Of a stretch of DNA of 32,000 bases, positions 8,253-18,626 are shown piece by piece. The stretch comes from Nitrosopumilus sp. Its GTDB lineage: Archaea > Thermoproteota > Nitrososphaeria > Nitrososphaerales > Nitrosopumilaceae. Made by a program: the position numbers and the translations under genes. Where the stretch lies: assembly GCF_025699125.1 (NCBI RefSeq), contig NZ_JAILWC010000001.1:134884-166883 (forward strand). Direction: 5' to 3'. Under the pieces are notes generated by a model. That model saw only the letters and a list, made by a program, of their open reading frames with translations. It did no database searches and was not told the origin of the DNA. Position 1 is the first letter of the stretch, and each line of letters starts with the position of its first letter.

Positions 8253-9656
8253 ATGACCAGCCTTACTTTCTATGGAGGAGTAAATGAAATTGGCGGAAAC
8301 AAAATTCTGCTCCAAGATAAAGACACCAAAGTATTCCTAGATTTCGGTAAAAGCTTCAGCCGTAGAGCGTCATATTTTGAGGAGTATCTCAATCCCAGAA
8401 CATCAAACGGGATAGTTGATTTTCTAACAATGGGGCTAGTCCCAAACATCAAAGGTGCATACAGAGATGACTTGATGACAATGGCAGGAAGAAAACCAGA
8501 AGAGCCTGATATTGATGCGGTGTTGCTTACCCATGCACACGCAGATCATGCAGATTACATTTCATTTTTGCATGAGGATATACCAGTCCATATGGGGGCT
8601 GGATGTCATCTTATTCTCAAAGCATTGGCAGAACGGGCACAAAGAAATATTGAAAAAGAAATTCTTGATTACAAGCCAAGACCGTATAACGCAAAAGATG
8701 AACCGATTACAAGAAAAATCAATGAGTTCAGAACTGGAGATAAATTCAAGATTGGCTCATTAGAGGTAGAACCGATTCACGTGGATCATTCTGTTCCCAG
8801 TGCATATGGATTCATCATTTACACATCTGAAGGCCCTATTGCATATACTGGTGACATACGATTACACGGAACACATCCAGAGATGACTCAGGACTTTATT
8901 GAAAAAGCAAAGGAAGTCAAACCAATTGCATTGATTTCTGAAGGAACGAGAATTTCAGACAAAGAAACACAAGAATCAGAGAAAAAAGTATACGAGGAAT
9001 CCAAAAAAACAGTTTCTGAAACCAGCAATCTGGTATTTGCAGATTTTAACTTCAAAGACGTAGACAGACTAATGACATTTTTCAATATCGCAAAAGAAAC
9101 TGGAAGAAAGTTTGTAGTAAAAATGAACGATGCGTTCTTTTTGAAGCATCTGTCTCAAGACAAGCACCTTAATGTGCCAAACATTGATGACGAGGACATT
9201 ATCATCTATTTGCCAAAGAGAGGATCTGGCCAATATTCAGACAAAGATTACAAAGGGAAGGATCGAGAATTTCTGGACATGCACAACACGTGGACTGCCG
9301 AGCAGATTGCTCAGAGACCTGACAAGGTACTTTGCGCTATTGGGTTTTACAGCTTTACAGCACTGATTGACATGCAACTAAAGTCAGGTGCACGATACAT
9401 CCATTCTTCTTCTGAGCCTTACAATGAGGAACAAAAGTTATCAAAAGAACGTCTAGACGCGTGGATCAATCATTTTGGCATGCATAAATTCCAGAGTCAT
9501 TGCTCAGGACATGCAAGAGGACAAGACCTGCTTGATGCAGTTAAAGAAATTGGAGCAAAGATGCTTTATCCTGTTCATACCGAGCACCCAGATGCATACA
9601 AGAAAGTTGCAAAGAATATGACAATAGTTGAAGAGGGGAGACGATATGATCTTTGA
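8253..9656 (+). CDS. rnj: RNase J-like metallo-beta-lactamase / beta-CASP ribonuclease
   Basis: The N-terminus is 'LTFYGGVNEIGGNKILLQDKDTKVFLDFG'. It has the HxHxDH motif 'THAHADHADY', 'IHVDHSVPSAYG', 'YTGDIRL', and beta-CASP/C-terminal motifs 'HCSGHARGQDL' and 'YPVHTEHP'. Confidence 0.75.
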   Translation: MTSLTFYGGVNEIGGNKILLQDKDTKVFLDFGKSFSRRASYFEEYLNPRTSNGIVDFLTMGLVPNIKGAYRDDLMTMAGRKPEEPDIDAVLLTHAHADHADYISFLHEDIPVHMGAGCHLILKALAERAQRNIEKEILDYKPRPYNAKDEPITRKINEFRTGDKFKIGSLEVEPIHVDHSVPSAYGFIIYTSEGPIAYTGDIRLHGTHPEMTQDFIEKAKEVKPIALISEGTRISDKETQESEKKVYEESKKTVSETSNLVFADFNFKDVDRLMTFFNIAKETGRKFVVKMNDAFFLKHLSQDKHLNVPNIDDEDIIIYLPKRGSGQYSDKDYKGKDREFLDMHNTWTAEQIAQRPDKVLCAIGFYSFTALIDMQLKSGARYIHSSSEPYNEEQKLSKERLDAWINHFGMHKFQSHCSGHARGQDLLDAVKEIGAKMLYPVHTEHPDAYKKVAKNMTIVEEGRRYDL

Positions 9657-10379
9657 GGTTCATAACAAACACACTTTATCCAAAGCCAACGAATCCCTCA
9701 ATAAAAGAATTGACTAAACAATTTCCAATAAGATAACTAATGGGCAGATTTTAGGCATTACTTTTTCGAAAGTTTCTTCACTTAATCGTTAATTTTGAAC
9801 ATATTAGAAGATTAATGGATTTTTTAAAACAAATCATATCATCGTTTCTCTTAAAACAGAAAACAAAAAAGTCATTTTTAGAAGGAATTCAAACTTTACA
9901 ATATTCTACTAGAGAAAATTATCAATCAGCACTAAACAAATTTGAAATATTCTGTAATCACCAATACAATCAAAGAACAAGTAATGAAATTATTTAAGAG
10001 ATAAAGACATTTTCAATGGAGGAACGCAATGACTATTTTTTAAAGAACTAAGACAGGATTTGATACTTTGAAAATAATCTGAATGCATTAATCGTACATT
10101 TTATGATGTTTTAAAATATTTTCAAGACTAGTACGACAAAAAACCCAATCTTAGTTGGGTGGAAAATGAAATGCAGCCAACCTGCCAAGAGGGAGATCAA
10201 ATAAAAGGCACCATTTAGTGCATGAAGGGATATTTTGAGCCTAAAGTATCGATTGTATAGATACTCATGTTTCCCAATACCATTTGATTGATCCATGAAT
10301 CAAGTTGAAACTCTGATAGCTAACAGTCAGATTATTACTCTAGGAAAATATCATACAACACAGAGGGGAAAAATTAGAC

Positions 10380-11477
10380 ATGAATGAAGATCCAGTAAAA
10401 AGCATGATTGCAGAATTGGGTGCTCATCTTTCACAAAAAGAGCATTCAGATATAGTTCTAAACAATGGGAATGGTAAGCAGTTTCTCATTGCACCCTCAG
10501 AGTTTGTTGAAATAAAACCCATTGATTCACCTCGCAAGATTGCATTTGTAGATGGAGGGGACGGCCCACTAGAAGAGTCACCAAACTTTTTAATCACAAT
10601 TAATCGGGTATACTTTTCATTGTTCCAGGGCAAAAAGAGAATAAAACCAAAAGCGAATCCTCGAGTCCAGTTTTTCTCGTGTGTAACATCAAACATTCAA
10701 ACCGTTAACGGTAAAAAAATAGTCAGTTACGATACAAAACTATTCCCTCACACTACTGAAGATAAAAAATATCTCCCAGTAGAGTCTGATCTGACTTCAA
10801 ACACTGAAAGCGCCACGGTACTACAAGGTTCAAGATTGAATTCATTGGGCAGACGATTTGCTGAATGGCAATTGGCAATTCATGTAGTGGAATCAGAACT
10901 AGAAAAAGGAGACATGCTAGTTATGGACGGCTCTCTGCAGACCAGTTTCAAAAACGAGATAAAGTATGCAAACAAACTGTACGATTTGGCAATTAGTAAG
11001 GGAGTGATCGTGTGTGGTTTGGCAAAGACAAGTCGATTAATCACAGAGTCTGGCCATCCATTATTAGCGCGAGTTGCAGAGATTGCAGAAGATGTTCCAT
11101 TTGGAAAATGGCATGTCAAGGTAGCTGAAGAGATATCCTCTGATGACAGAGGTTTCATGCTTGCTGTAAAGTTTCATGAAAAATCAAGATACGTGTTTAG
11201 ATTTGAGATACTGCGAGAACAGTTTTCTTTAATGACTCCTGATGAATTAAATTCAGTTCTTGGCAGTTTGGTTGAGAATTCTCAGGATGTAGCCATGATT
11301 GGTTATCCATATGGGGCAATTGATGCAGACAGATTTGCTCAAGTCAGGCGTGATGAACTGGGAATGTATCAAGGGTTCATTCTATCTGAGAAGCTTCGAG
11401 ATCCCATTTGGAAGAGACTGCAAAAATATTCTGCCAGCTTGTCTGCACATGACACACTAAACGGAGTGACCAGCTGA
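10380..11477 (+). CDS. nurA: NurA 5'-3' nuclease
   Basis: It has the acidic motifs 'IAFVDGG' and 'LVMDGSL'. It is the first gene of the nurA-herA-mre11-rad50 cluster, and its stop overlaps the herA ATG (TGATG). Confidence 0.75.
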   Translation: MNEDPVKSMIAELGAHLSQKEHSDIVLNNGNGKQFLIAPSEFVEIKPIDSPRKIAFVDGGDGPLEESPNFLITINRVYFSLFQGKKRIKPKANPRVQFFSCVTSNIQTVNGKKIVSYDTKLFPHTTEDKKYLPVESDLTSNTESATVLQGSRLNSLGRRFAEWQLAIHVVESELEKGDMLVMDGSLQTSFKNEIKYANKLYDLAISKGVIVCGLAKTSRLITESGHPLLARVAEIAEDVPFGKWHVKVAEEISSDDRGFMLAVKFHEKSRYVFRFEILREQFSLMTPDELNSVLGSLVENSQDVAMIGYPYGAIDADRFAQVRRDELGMYQGFILSEKLRDPIWKRLQKYSASLSAHDTLNGVTS

Positions 11478-13060
11478 TGGATGAGATTTCCATAGTAGGT
11501 CAGGTAGTAGGAGGAAGCTTTGGAGATATTGTAATTCGCCAAAAATCCGGAACCAACCTGGAGATTGGGGATTTGATGGTCTCTGAAGAGAACGGTTCAT
11601 TTTTGATTTTGCAGGTGTTTGCATTGGAGTATGGCTCTCAAATACAAGACAAGATGCAGCAGATGATGTCCGGTGTTAATTTGGAGCAGGGAATAGTTGA
11701 TGCAAATTTCTATGAACCAGAATTTGTAAACTATGTTCTAGCTAGAATCAAACCACTAGCACGAGTGTACAAAGAAAATAATGACGTAAAGATTCCAAAA
11801 TCATTACCTTCGTTTTTTAACAAGTTACGATTAATTAGCAAAGATGATTTAAAATTTCTGCAAAAGGAGAAAGACTCTATCTTTGTAGGATATATCAGAA
11901 GTGGAAGCAAAATAATTAAGGAAGCCGAAGTTTGGTTGCCAGCAGAAGATGTGTTTTCGCATCACGTGTTAATTCCTGCAACTACAGGCCGTGGAAAATC
12001 AAATTTGGTAAAAACAATTCTCTGGCATGTGCTAGATACAAACAAGGTTGGCGCGTTGGTGTTAGATGCACATGACGAATACTTTGGGAGAAACGGAGTA
12101 GGACTCAAGGACCATCCAAGGGCCAAAGAGAACATGGTGTATTATACTCCGTCAAATCCACCAGTCGGCGCAAACAGATTGACAATCAATTTGCAATCAA
12201 TCAGGCCGGAGCACTTTGAGGGAATTGTAGATTTTTCTGATCCTCAATTCCAGGCAATCAGAACTGCACACAGACAGCACAGGGCAAACTGGATTCGGGA
12301 ATTGATGATTACCAATGTTGCATCAATTGAGAACAGTGGGGACACAAGACGACAGGGAGAGTTTGCAGTTGGTACGATGATGGTGGTTCAGCGCAAATTA
12401 CGCCTGATTTTGAGCCTAGAAGTAGATGAAGAGCAGGTAATCGTATCAAGACACGAGGTCTTTGACAGTACGACAAAGGGACTCAACACAGTAGATGATA
12501 TCGTACGAGACATAGAGCAAGGCAAAGTCGTAGTTTTGGATACGTCACGATTAGGGGATGAGGCAGAGTTGTTGGTCGGAAACATCATTGCATCCAAACT
12601 ATTGCAGAAATACAAGGATGCCAAAGCTTCAGGAGAACTAGATAGAAAGCCGGTAGCTACCATAGTCATTGAAGAAGCACCACGTGTCATCGGTGTGGAT
12701 GTGTTGACATCAAGAAATGACAACATCTATTCCACCATAGCCAAAGAAGGACGCAAGTTCAAAGTCGGACTAACTGCAATTACACAATTGAGCAGTGTCA
12801 TTCCAAAAACAATTCTAGCTAACATGAATACAAAGATAATTTTGGGAAACGAGATGAAGCAGGAAAGAGAGGCAATCATAGCTTCTGCCTCCCAGGATTT
12901 ATCCGAAGATGACAAAAACATTGCAAGCTTGGATAAAGGCGAGGCAATCATTACCAGTATATTTGTGCCATTTGCAATGCCAATCAAAGTTCCTTTGTTT
13001 GAGGATATAGTGAAAAACAGAAAAAGTACAGCAAGCACTGGCAAAACAAAGGTGTTTTAG
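11477..13060 (+). CDS. herA: HerA hexameric DNA translocase/helicase
   Basis: Walker A is '[10 protein letters not shown]' and Walker B is 'TIVIEEAPR'. The N-terminal HAS-barrel-like sequence is '[15 protein letters not shown]'. Operon context supports the call. Confidence 0.85.
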   Translation: MDEISIVGQVVGGSFGDIVIRQKSGTNLEIGDLMVSEENGSFLILQVFALEYGSQIQDKMQQMMSGVNLEQGIVDANFYEPEFVNYVLARIKPLARVYKENNDVKIPKSLPSFFNKLRLISKDDLKFLQKEKDSIFVGYIRSGSKIIKEAEVWLPAEDVFSHHVLIPATTGRGKSNLVKTILWHVLDTNKVGALVLDAHDEYFGRNGVGLKDHPRAKENMVYYTPSNPPVGANRLTINLQSIRPEHFEGIVDFSDPQFQAIRTAHRQHRANWIRELMITNVASIENSGDTRRQGEFAVGTMMVVQRKLRLILSLEVDEEQVIVSRHEVFDSTTKGLNTVDDIVRDIEQGKVVVLDTSRLGDEAELLVGNIIASKLLQKYKDAKASGELDRKPVATIVIEEAPRVIGVDVLTSRNDNIYSTIAKEGRKFKVGLTAITQLSSVIPKTILANMNTKIILGNEMKQEREAIIASASQDLSEDDKNIASLDKGEAIITSIFVPFAMPIKVPLFEDIVKNRKSTASTGKTKVF

Positions 13061-13062
13061 TT

Positions 13063-14319
13063 TTGTTATTTGCGCATTTGTCTGATATTCACCTAGGTTT
13101 TCAAAAACACGAATCATTGCAAAAGATAGAGCAACATGTATTTGAAAAAATAATGGATGAATGCATTTCTCGCAAAGTAGATTTTATTTTAATCCCAGGA
13201 GATTTGTTTCATGTAAACATTCCAGAGATGAGAGTTCAGAAATTTGCATTTAAAAAATTTCGTGAAGTGTATGATGCAGGAATTCCAATATACGTAGTTT
13301 ATGGGAGTCATGATTTTTCACCAGTGTCTAACTCGGTAATTGATCTGCTATCTGAAATAGGATACATTACCAAAGTGACCAGAGCAACAAGCAATGAGAA
13401 TGATACCATATCTTTGGATTTTTTAATTGATGAGAAGACTGGCGCCAAAATTGCAGGACTGTCCGGACTCAAAGTAGGAAAGGACAGGGAATGGTATGAG
13501 AAACTAGACAGGGGTTCTTTGGAGGCAGAATCGGGCTTTAAGATATTCCTGTTTCACGGGGGAGTCTCTGAAATGAAGGCTGATTCAGGCATGGATGGGG
13601 ACCATATGCCGCTTTCTTTACTGCCCAAGGGATTCTCATATTATGCAGGAGGACACATGCACAAATGGAATCACCAATCATTTGAGGGATATCCTAATGT
13701 CGTATATCCTGGAACTCCTTTTGCAGGGTACCATGCAGATCTGGAAGATAATGCAAATGGGCAAAGACGCGGATTTGCCCTAGTAGAGTTTGATGATGTA
13801 GTAAAGTCTGTCGAGTTTGTAGAGATTCAAAACACATCGTATGAAATCATTGAAGTTAATGCGGATAACAGAAAAGCTGATTCCATCAATCAGGAACTGG
13901 TAGAGAAAACAAAAGACATTGATCCTGCAAACAAGGTTGTAATTATTAAGGTCAGAGGAGAGTTGACTTCAGGCAAGACTGCGGACGTAGATATTTCTAC
14001 AATCAGAGATAGTTTGAATGAACGCAATGCAATGGTAGTTAATGTAAGCAAGAACGGACTAACATCAAAGGAATATTCCATTACAGAAGCAAAGGGGAAT
14101 AACAAAGAAGAGATTGAGACGAACGTATTTTCAGAAAACATCGGGCAATTACGTTTTGATCATGCAGAGTTGTTAGGTGATAATGGAATCAAACTTGCAA
14201 AAAAGTTACTGCAAGAATTGGGACAGCCCATCTTAGTCAATGAAAAGAAAAACGAGTACGTTCCAAGGATTCGCAACAACGCCCTGGCAATTTTAGGATT
14301 AGATAAAGATGATTCTTAA
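13063..14319 (+). CDS. mre11: Mre11 DNA double-strand-break repair nuclease
   Basis: Phosphoesterase motifs are present: 'HLSDIHLG', 'PGDLFH', 'GSHD' and 'GGHMH'. The start is TTG, 2 nt after the herA stop. Confidence 0.85.
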   Translation: MLFAHLSDIHLGFQKHESLQKIEQHVFEKIMDECISRKVDFILIPGDLFHVNIPEMRVQKFAFKKFREVYDAGIPIYVVYGSHDFSPVSNSVIDLLSEIGYITKVTRATSNENDTISLDFLIDEKTGAKIAGLSGLKVGKDREWYEKLDRGSLEAESGFKIFLFHGGVSEMKADSGMDGDHMPLSLLPKGFSYYAGGHMHKWNHQSFEGYPNVVYPGTPFAGYHADLEDNANGQRRGFALVEFDDVVKSVEFVEIQNTSYEIIEVNADNRKADSINQELVEKTKDIDPANKVVIIKVRGELTSGKTADVDISTIRDSLNERNAMVVNVSKNGLTSKEYSITEAKGNNKEEIETNVFSENIGQLRFDHAELLGDNGIKLAKKLLQELGQPILVNEKKNEYVPRIRNNALAILGLDKDDS

Positions 14320-16729
14320 TAGTATCATTATTGATAACATTCGAAGTTACGAACACGAAGAAGTAGAGTTTCCTCGCGGAATATCTCTGTTTGAAGGAGA
14401 TATCGGTTCAGGAAAATCAACAGTACTCATGTCAATTGAATTTGCATTGTTTGGTTTAGGATCTCAGAAAGCAGAGGCACTGCTTTCAAAAAAATATGAT
14501 TCAGGATCAGTGATTTTGGATTTTTCAGTTGATGGTGAAAGATATGAAATCAAAAGAACCTTGATGAGAAAGAAATCAGCCATTAACCAGGATCCAAAAA
14601 ATTCCTGGATAAAGATTGCAGGTGAGAAAGAACTGCTATCACCATCGGAACTAAAACAGCGAGTGCTGCAGATTTTAAAATTCAACGAGCCTGCAGACCC
14701 CAAGGCTGAGAGCAAAATCTTCAGATATGCCATATTTACGCCCCAGGAAGCCATGAAGGAGGTGCTTTTTGACTCTGCAAAAAGACTGGAGACAATTCGC
14801 AAAGCATTTGGAATTGAAGATTACAGCATCGCGCATTCCAATGCACGTGAAGTGCTTTCTGAGATAAGGACCAAAGCTGCAGTTTTGCAGGTAAAATTCA
14901 GCGACATTTCTGAATTGGAATCCCAGATTAACGAATCAAAGAAAATGATTTCTGAAATCAATGAAGAGATGTCTAAAAAACAAAAAGAATCAAAGAATCT
15001 CCAATCACAAGAAGAAAAGAACAATGATGAACTGAGAAAACTGCGAGCTAAAAACAATGAGAAGATAAAACTTGAATCAAGAAAAGAAAACCTGGAAGAA
15101 AAGATCGAATCTGGAAAAGAACGAATTGAGAACATAGAGAAGGACTTTGAATCATTTGAGATTGAATTAAGAAACAACAATGAAAAGATGGAGAAATTAA
15201 TTGAGATAAAAAAGCCAGACACTACAAAGAGCATTACTCAATTAACAACAGAGATTAAAAAATTCCAGGAAACAAACAACGAATTGATCAAACTAGAATC
15301 TGAGAAAGATAGCATTACATCAGACATTACAAGACTGAAAGAGAATTTAGGGGACAAGATAGACTCTGATAAAGAATCCATTCAAAACACATTAGACGAT
15401 CTAGTTCAAGAAAAAGAATCATTAGAAAAATTTGCTGAGGAGATTAAAGAAAAACTGGACAAAGTAAAAGACAGCAGAGTTCAAAAGGAAACCCTAAAGA
15501 ATTCATTAGAGAAAGAAATTGAAACATTTACAGCATTGGGAAATGCATGCCCGACTTGCAAGCAAGAGATTACTGATTTACACCATCACAATCTAGTTGA
15601 TGAAAAGAAGAAAGAAGTAGATGCATTAACTCTAGAATTGAAATCAATTACTGATTCTTTTTTTGAATCAAACTCAAAATCCAAAGAGATTCAAACAAAG
15701 ATAGAATCGTATGAAAAAGAGATTCAACAAATACAGAGAACCATTCCAGGAATTGAAGAATACCACAGGAAAACAACACTGATATCGCAAATTGAGGCTA
15801 AAATTAATAGATTAAAAGAGAGTTTCTCAGAGTTTGAAGGAAATAATCCCGTAGAATACCTAACAGAAGTCAAAGACAGCCTGACTATCTACGAGAATGC
15901 AACGGAGCAAATGAAACAGATAGTGGAGGCAAAACAAAAAGTCGAGAAACTAATTTCAAATTATCAAAGAGAAATAGAATTAACTGAATCGCAAATTACT
16001 CAAAGGGAGTCAGAACTAAAAGAAATTCAATTGGAACTAGAATCATTTGGGAATTTAGACAAGGAAATCTCTGGCAAAGAAGAAGAACTGGGTTCGCTTC
16101 GAAATGAGATTTCAAGAATTTCAAATACCATTGCGGCATCTCAAGAGAAATCAAACAATGAATCCCAAAAAATCGAGCAAAACAAACTCAAAATAAACGA
16201 ATCCAAAAAATGGGAAGTAAGATACAAGAAATTTGTCCAGTTCCAGGAATGGTTAGAGGTGTTTTTCATTCCAACAATATCTCAGATTGAAAAGCAGGTG
16301 TTACTATCCATATTGCAAAATTTCAACGAGACATATTCCAGATGGTACTCCATTCTGGTTGAAGATCCTACCAAAGAATCACGAATTGATGAGAACTTTA
16401 CACCGATTGTAAATCAGGACGGATATGATCAAGAAGTGGGATTTTTGTCAGGCGGGGAAAAGACAAGCATTGCATTGGCATACAGGTTGACTCTGAATTC
16501 CCTGATGAGGAAAGAGACAGAGTCCATGAAATCCAACTTGTTGATTTTAGACGAGCCCACAGATGGGTTTTCCAAGAATCAGTTGGGAAAGGTAAGAGAG
16601 GTATTAGATGAGCTCAAATCAGAGCAGATAGTGCTTGTTTCCCACGAAAAAGAACTTGAGGGGTATGTAGATAACATTTTTCAGATTTCAAAAAGCGATG
16701 GAATATCAAAGATTGTAAGAATGAACTAG
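14309..16729 (+). CDS. rad50: Rad50 ATPase
   Basis: Walker A is 'GDIGSGKST'. Long coiled coils flank the CxxC zinc hook 'CPTC' (15548-15559). The ABC signature is 'LSGGEKT' and Walker B is 'LLILDEPTDG'. It overlaps mre11 by 11 nt. Confidence 0.9.
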   Translation: MILNSIIIDNIRSYEHEEVEFPRGISLFEGDIGSGKSTVLMSIEFALFGLGSQKAEALLSKKYDSGSVILDFSVDGERYEIKRTLMRKKSAINQDPKNSWIKIAGEKELLSPSELKQRVLQILKFNEPADPKAESKIFRYAIFTPQEAMKEVLFDSAKRLETIRKAFGIEDYSIAHSNAREVLSEIRTKAAVLQVKFSDISELESQINESKKMISEINEEMSKKQKESKNLQSQEEKNNDELRKLRAKNNEKIKLESRKENLEEKIESGKERIENIEKDFESFEIELRNNNEKMEKLIEIKKPDTTKSITQLTTEIKKFQETNNELIKLESEKDSITSDITRLKENLGDKIDSDKESIQNTLDDLVQEKESLEKFAEEIKEKLDKVKDSRVQKETLKNSLEKEIETFTALGNACPTCKQEITDLHHHNLVDEKKKEVDALTLELKSITDSFFESNSKSKEIQTKIESYEKEIQQIQRTIPGIEEYHRKTTLISQIEAKINRLKESFSEFEGNNPVEYLTEVKDSLTIYENATEQMKQIVEAKQKVEKLISNYQREIELTESQITQRESELKEIQLELESFGNLDKEISGKEEELGSLRNEISRISNTIAASQEKSNNESQKIEQNKLKINESKKWEVRYKKFVQFQEWLEVFFIPTISQIEKQVLLSILQNFNETYSRWYSILVEDPTKESRIDENFTPIVNQDGYDQEVGFLSGGEKTSIALAYRLTLNSLMRKETESMKSNLLILDEPTDGFSKNQLGKVREVLDELKSEQIVLVSHEKELEGYVDNIFQISKSDGISKIVRMN

Positions 16730-16884
16730 TCAGAATTATTAATTTATGAAAAACAGGTACCCATTGCTTGTCCACATAACATCAAGGTATGTGTTGTGAA
16801 AAAAGATAATGATGATCAAACATGGGAAAAAGTTTTGGAAATGGCTGGGCCAAAACCAAAAAAATCTTCTTAGTTTAAAAAAAT

Positions 16885-17022
16885 CTACAATTCCACACTG
16901 GTCTTGAGATAAATTCTGTCATTTTCTATGACAAATACAATTTTGTCGCCTTCACTCCATTTCTGTGATCTTCTGACTTCCTTAGGAATTGTTACTTGAA
17001 ATTTGTGGCTGATGGTACTCAT
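16885..17022 (-). CDS. Small AbrB/SpoVT-type (swapped-hairpin) DNA-binding protein, 45 aa, not in the supplied ORF track
   Basis: My hand translation gives MSTISHKFQVTIPKEVRRSQKWSEGDKIVFVIENDRIYLKTSVEL. This matches the AbrB/MazE consensus 'vtIPkevR..l....GD.v.f....d.i.l'. Confidence 0.5.
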   Translation of the reverse strand: MSTISHKFQVTIPKEVRRSQKWSEGDKIVFVIENDRIYLKTSVEL

Positions 17023-17162
17023 GCCTAGTATCTCTTTTTTTGATTTGTCACTCAATACAATGCGCCTTACTTGTAAAGAAAGTAGGTAAAGTTGATTAAG
17101 TAGGCCAAAGAAAGTAAAGAAATCTTTGCAAGTAAAGGAGTTTTGAGGTTGAGAAATAAAGC

Positions 17163-18626
17163 ATGTTAATCAATAAGGGAACAATTGTATTCGGATTGCT
17201 ATCTGTTTCACTTTTAATAATTCCAGCATTTGCAGAATCACAAATACTCCCAACTGAGAAAGGAACACTAGCTGTTAAATTAACATATGATGAGATAGAT
17301 CCAAACACTCAAACAAAAATAAATATTGATTTTATCAATCCTCACACACAAAAAATCCAGGCGCATATTGATTACACTGTGTCAGTTTCAAAAGATGGCG
17401 AGACGGTATTTGGTCCAATTCCATTAACACATGCATCATTAGGTTCTGTAAAGATTCCAATTGAATTCAATCTTGGTGAAGGAGTATACACTATGAATTT
17501 TAATATTGAAGGAATTTTATTCCAGCCAATCCCGGCAGAAGATGTTTCTTTTGATATAGTGGTTAAGAATTCTTTGGACTCACCAAATGATTCCATCTTA
17601 CCACAATCAAAGGAATCTGAAATAGATTCAGATAATTCGCCGTTTTCTTCCAGAGAAGATGCATTGCCCGTGGTAGATACAACAGTCGAATCAATCCCTC
17701 TGCAATTTGATATCTTTGGTGGTGAGAGGTCTGCAGTATTGCCAGAATTAAGTGGGGAGGAAAAAGCTGAAGAAATTGTCGAATTGTACTATTCAGATTC
17801 TTTTGCTTATCTGGATCTTAACAACAATGACTTTCAGATTATTGCAGACTTGCTCAACAAGTATGTTTCTAAGATAAAAGAAGAAGTTCCTAAAGAAGTA
17901 ATTGCCAGTCCTGCATATCTTTCATCAGATGTAGATTTGATTGATGATATTCTTGAAAAAGCTGAACTGAAAGAAGAGTTTTATTCAGAATATGTAAAGG
18001 CATTGAAAGATATTGCTAAAAACAAATTAGAATTATTAGATTCCCTTGAAACAGAAAAGAAAAATGAGATTAATGAATTAGAACTTGATGACACCTTAAA
18101 AGAAGATTACATTTCAAGAATTTCCAAAATAACAGATATTCAGAAAAAGAGCTTTGCATCTAAAATGGCAGAAATCATTACTCCTTTGGAAGAAAAATCA
18201 AAGCCAAATTCTGCCCAAAATAAAATCAAAGATGAAATTTTGAGTCAACCTGAAGGCGGAGGCTGCCTTATTGCAACTGCAGCATACGGTTCTGAACTTG
18301 CTCCCCAGGTACAGCAATTGAGAGAGATTAGAGACAATCAATTACTAAACACAGAATCGGGTACAAATTTCATGGAATCGTTCAATCAATTCTACTATTC
18401 GTTTTCACCAGTAATTGCTGATTACGAGCGTGAAAATCCATTATTCAAAGAAGCAGTAAGGATTGCAATCACTCCGATGATTAGTTCACTATCTGTCTTG
18501 AATTATGTAAATGTGGATTCAGAAATTGAAGTTTTGGGATATGGGCTATCCCTGATCATACTTAATGTGGGAATGTACTTTGTAGCACCTGCAATTATCC
18601 TTATGGGCATCATAAAACGATTTTAA
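17163..18626 (+). CDS. Secreted or membrane-anchored protein with an acidic/coiled-coil middle and a conserved Cys motif before a C-terminal TM helix
   Basis: The N-terminal signal-like segment is 'GLLSVSLLIIPAFAES'. The motif 'GGGCLIATAAYGSELAPQVQQLREIRDN' is followed by hydrophobic 'LSLIILNVGMYFVAPAIILMGII'. Confidence 0.6.
   Translation: MLINKGTIVFGLLSVSLLIIPAFAESQILPTEKGTLAVKLTYDEIDPNTQTKINIDFINPHTQKIQAHIDYTVSVSKDGETVFGPIPLTHASLGSVKIPIEFNLGEGVYTMNFNIEGILFQPIPAEDVSFDIVVKNSLDSPNDSILPQSKESEIDSDNSPFSSREDALPVVDTTVESIPLQFDIFGGERSAVLPELSGEEKAEEIVELYYSDSFAYLDLNNNDFQIIADLLNKYVSKIKEEVPKEVIASPAYLSSDVDLIDDILEKAELKEEFYSEYVKALKDIAKNKLELLDSLETEKKNEINELELDDTLKEDYISRISKITDIQKKSFASKMAEIITPLEEKSKPNSAQNKIKDEILSQPEGGGCLIATAAYGSELAPQVQQLREIRDNQLLNTESGTNFMESFNQFYYSFSPVIADYERENPLFKEAVRIAITPMISSLSVLNYVNVDSEIEVLGYGLSLIILNVGMYFVAPAIILMGIIKRF

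Noticed and set aside
9815-9997. Calling the 60-aa ORF an intact gene
   Set aside because: It is too short for a recombinase and is followed by in-frame stops and a frameshift. It is reported only as a possible pseudogene fragment in the findings.
10111-10296. A 61-aa minus-strand ORF with a hydrophobic C-terminal half (possible small membrane protein)
   Set aside because: It has no TATA-like box at the expected distance and lies within the decayed integrase-like region. The evidence is insufficient, so it is left uncalled.
16730-16873. A 47-codon in-frame open extension immediately after the rad50 TAG stop (possible read-through)
   Set aside because: There is no start codon until near its end and no recognisable domain in 'SELLIYEKQVPIACPHNIKVCVVKK...'. 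Rad50 already ends with its complete C-terminal ATPase lobe, so this is probably chance.
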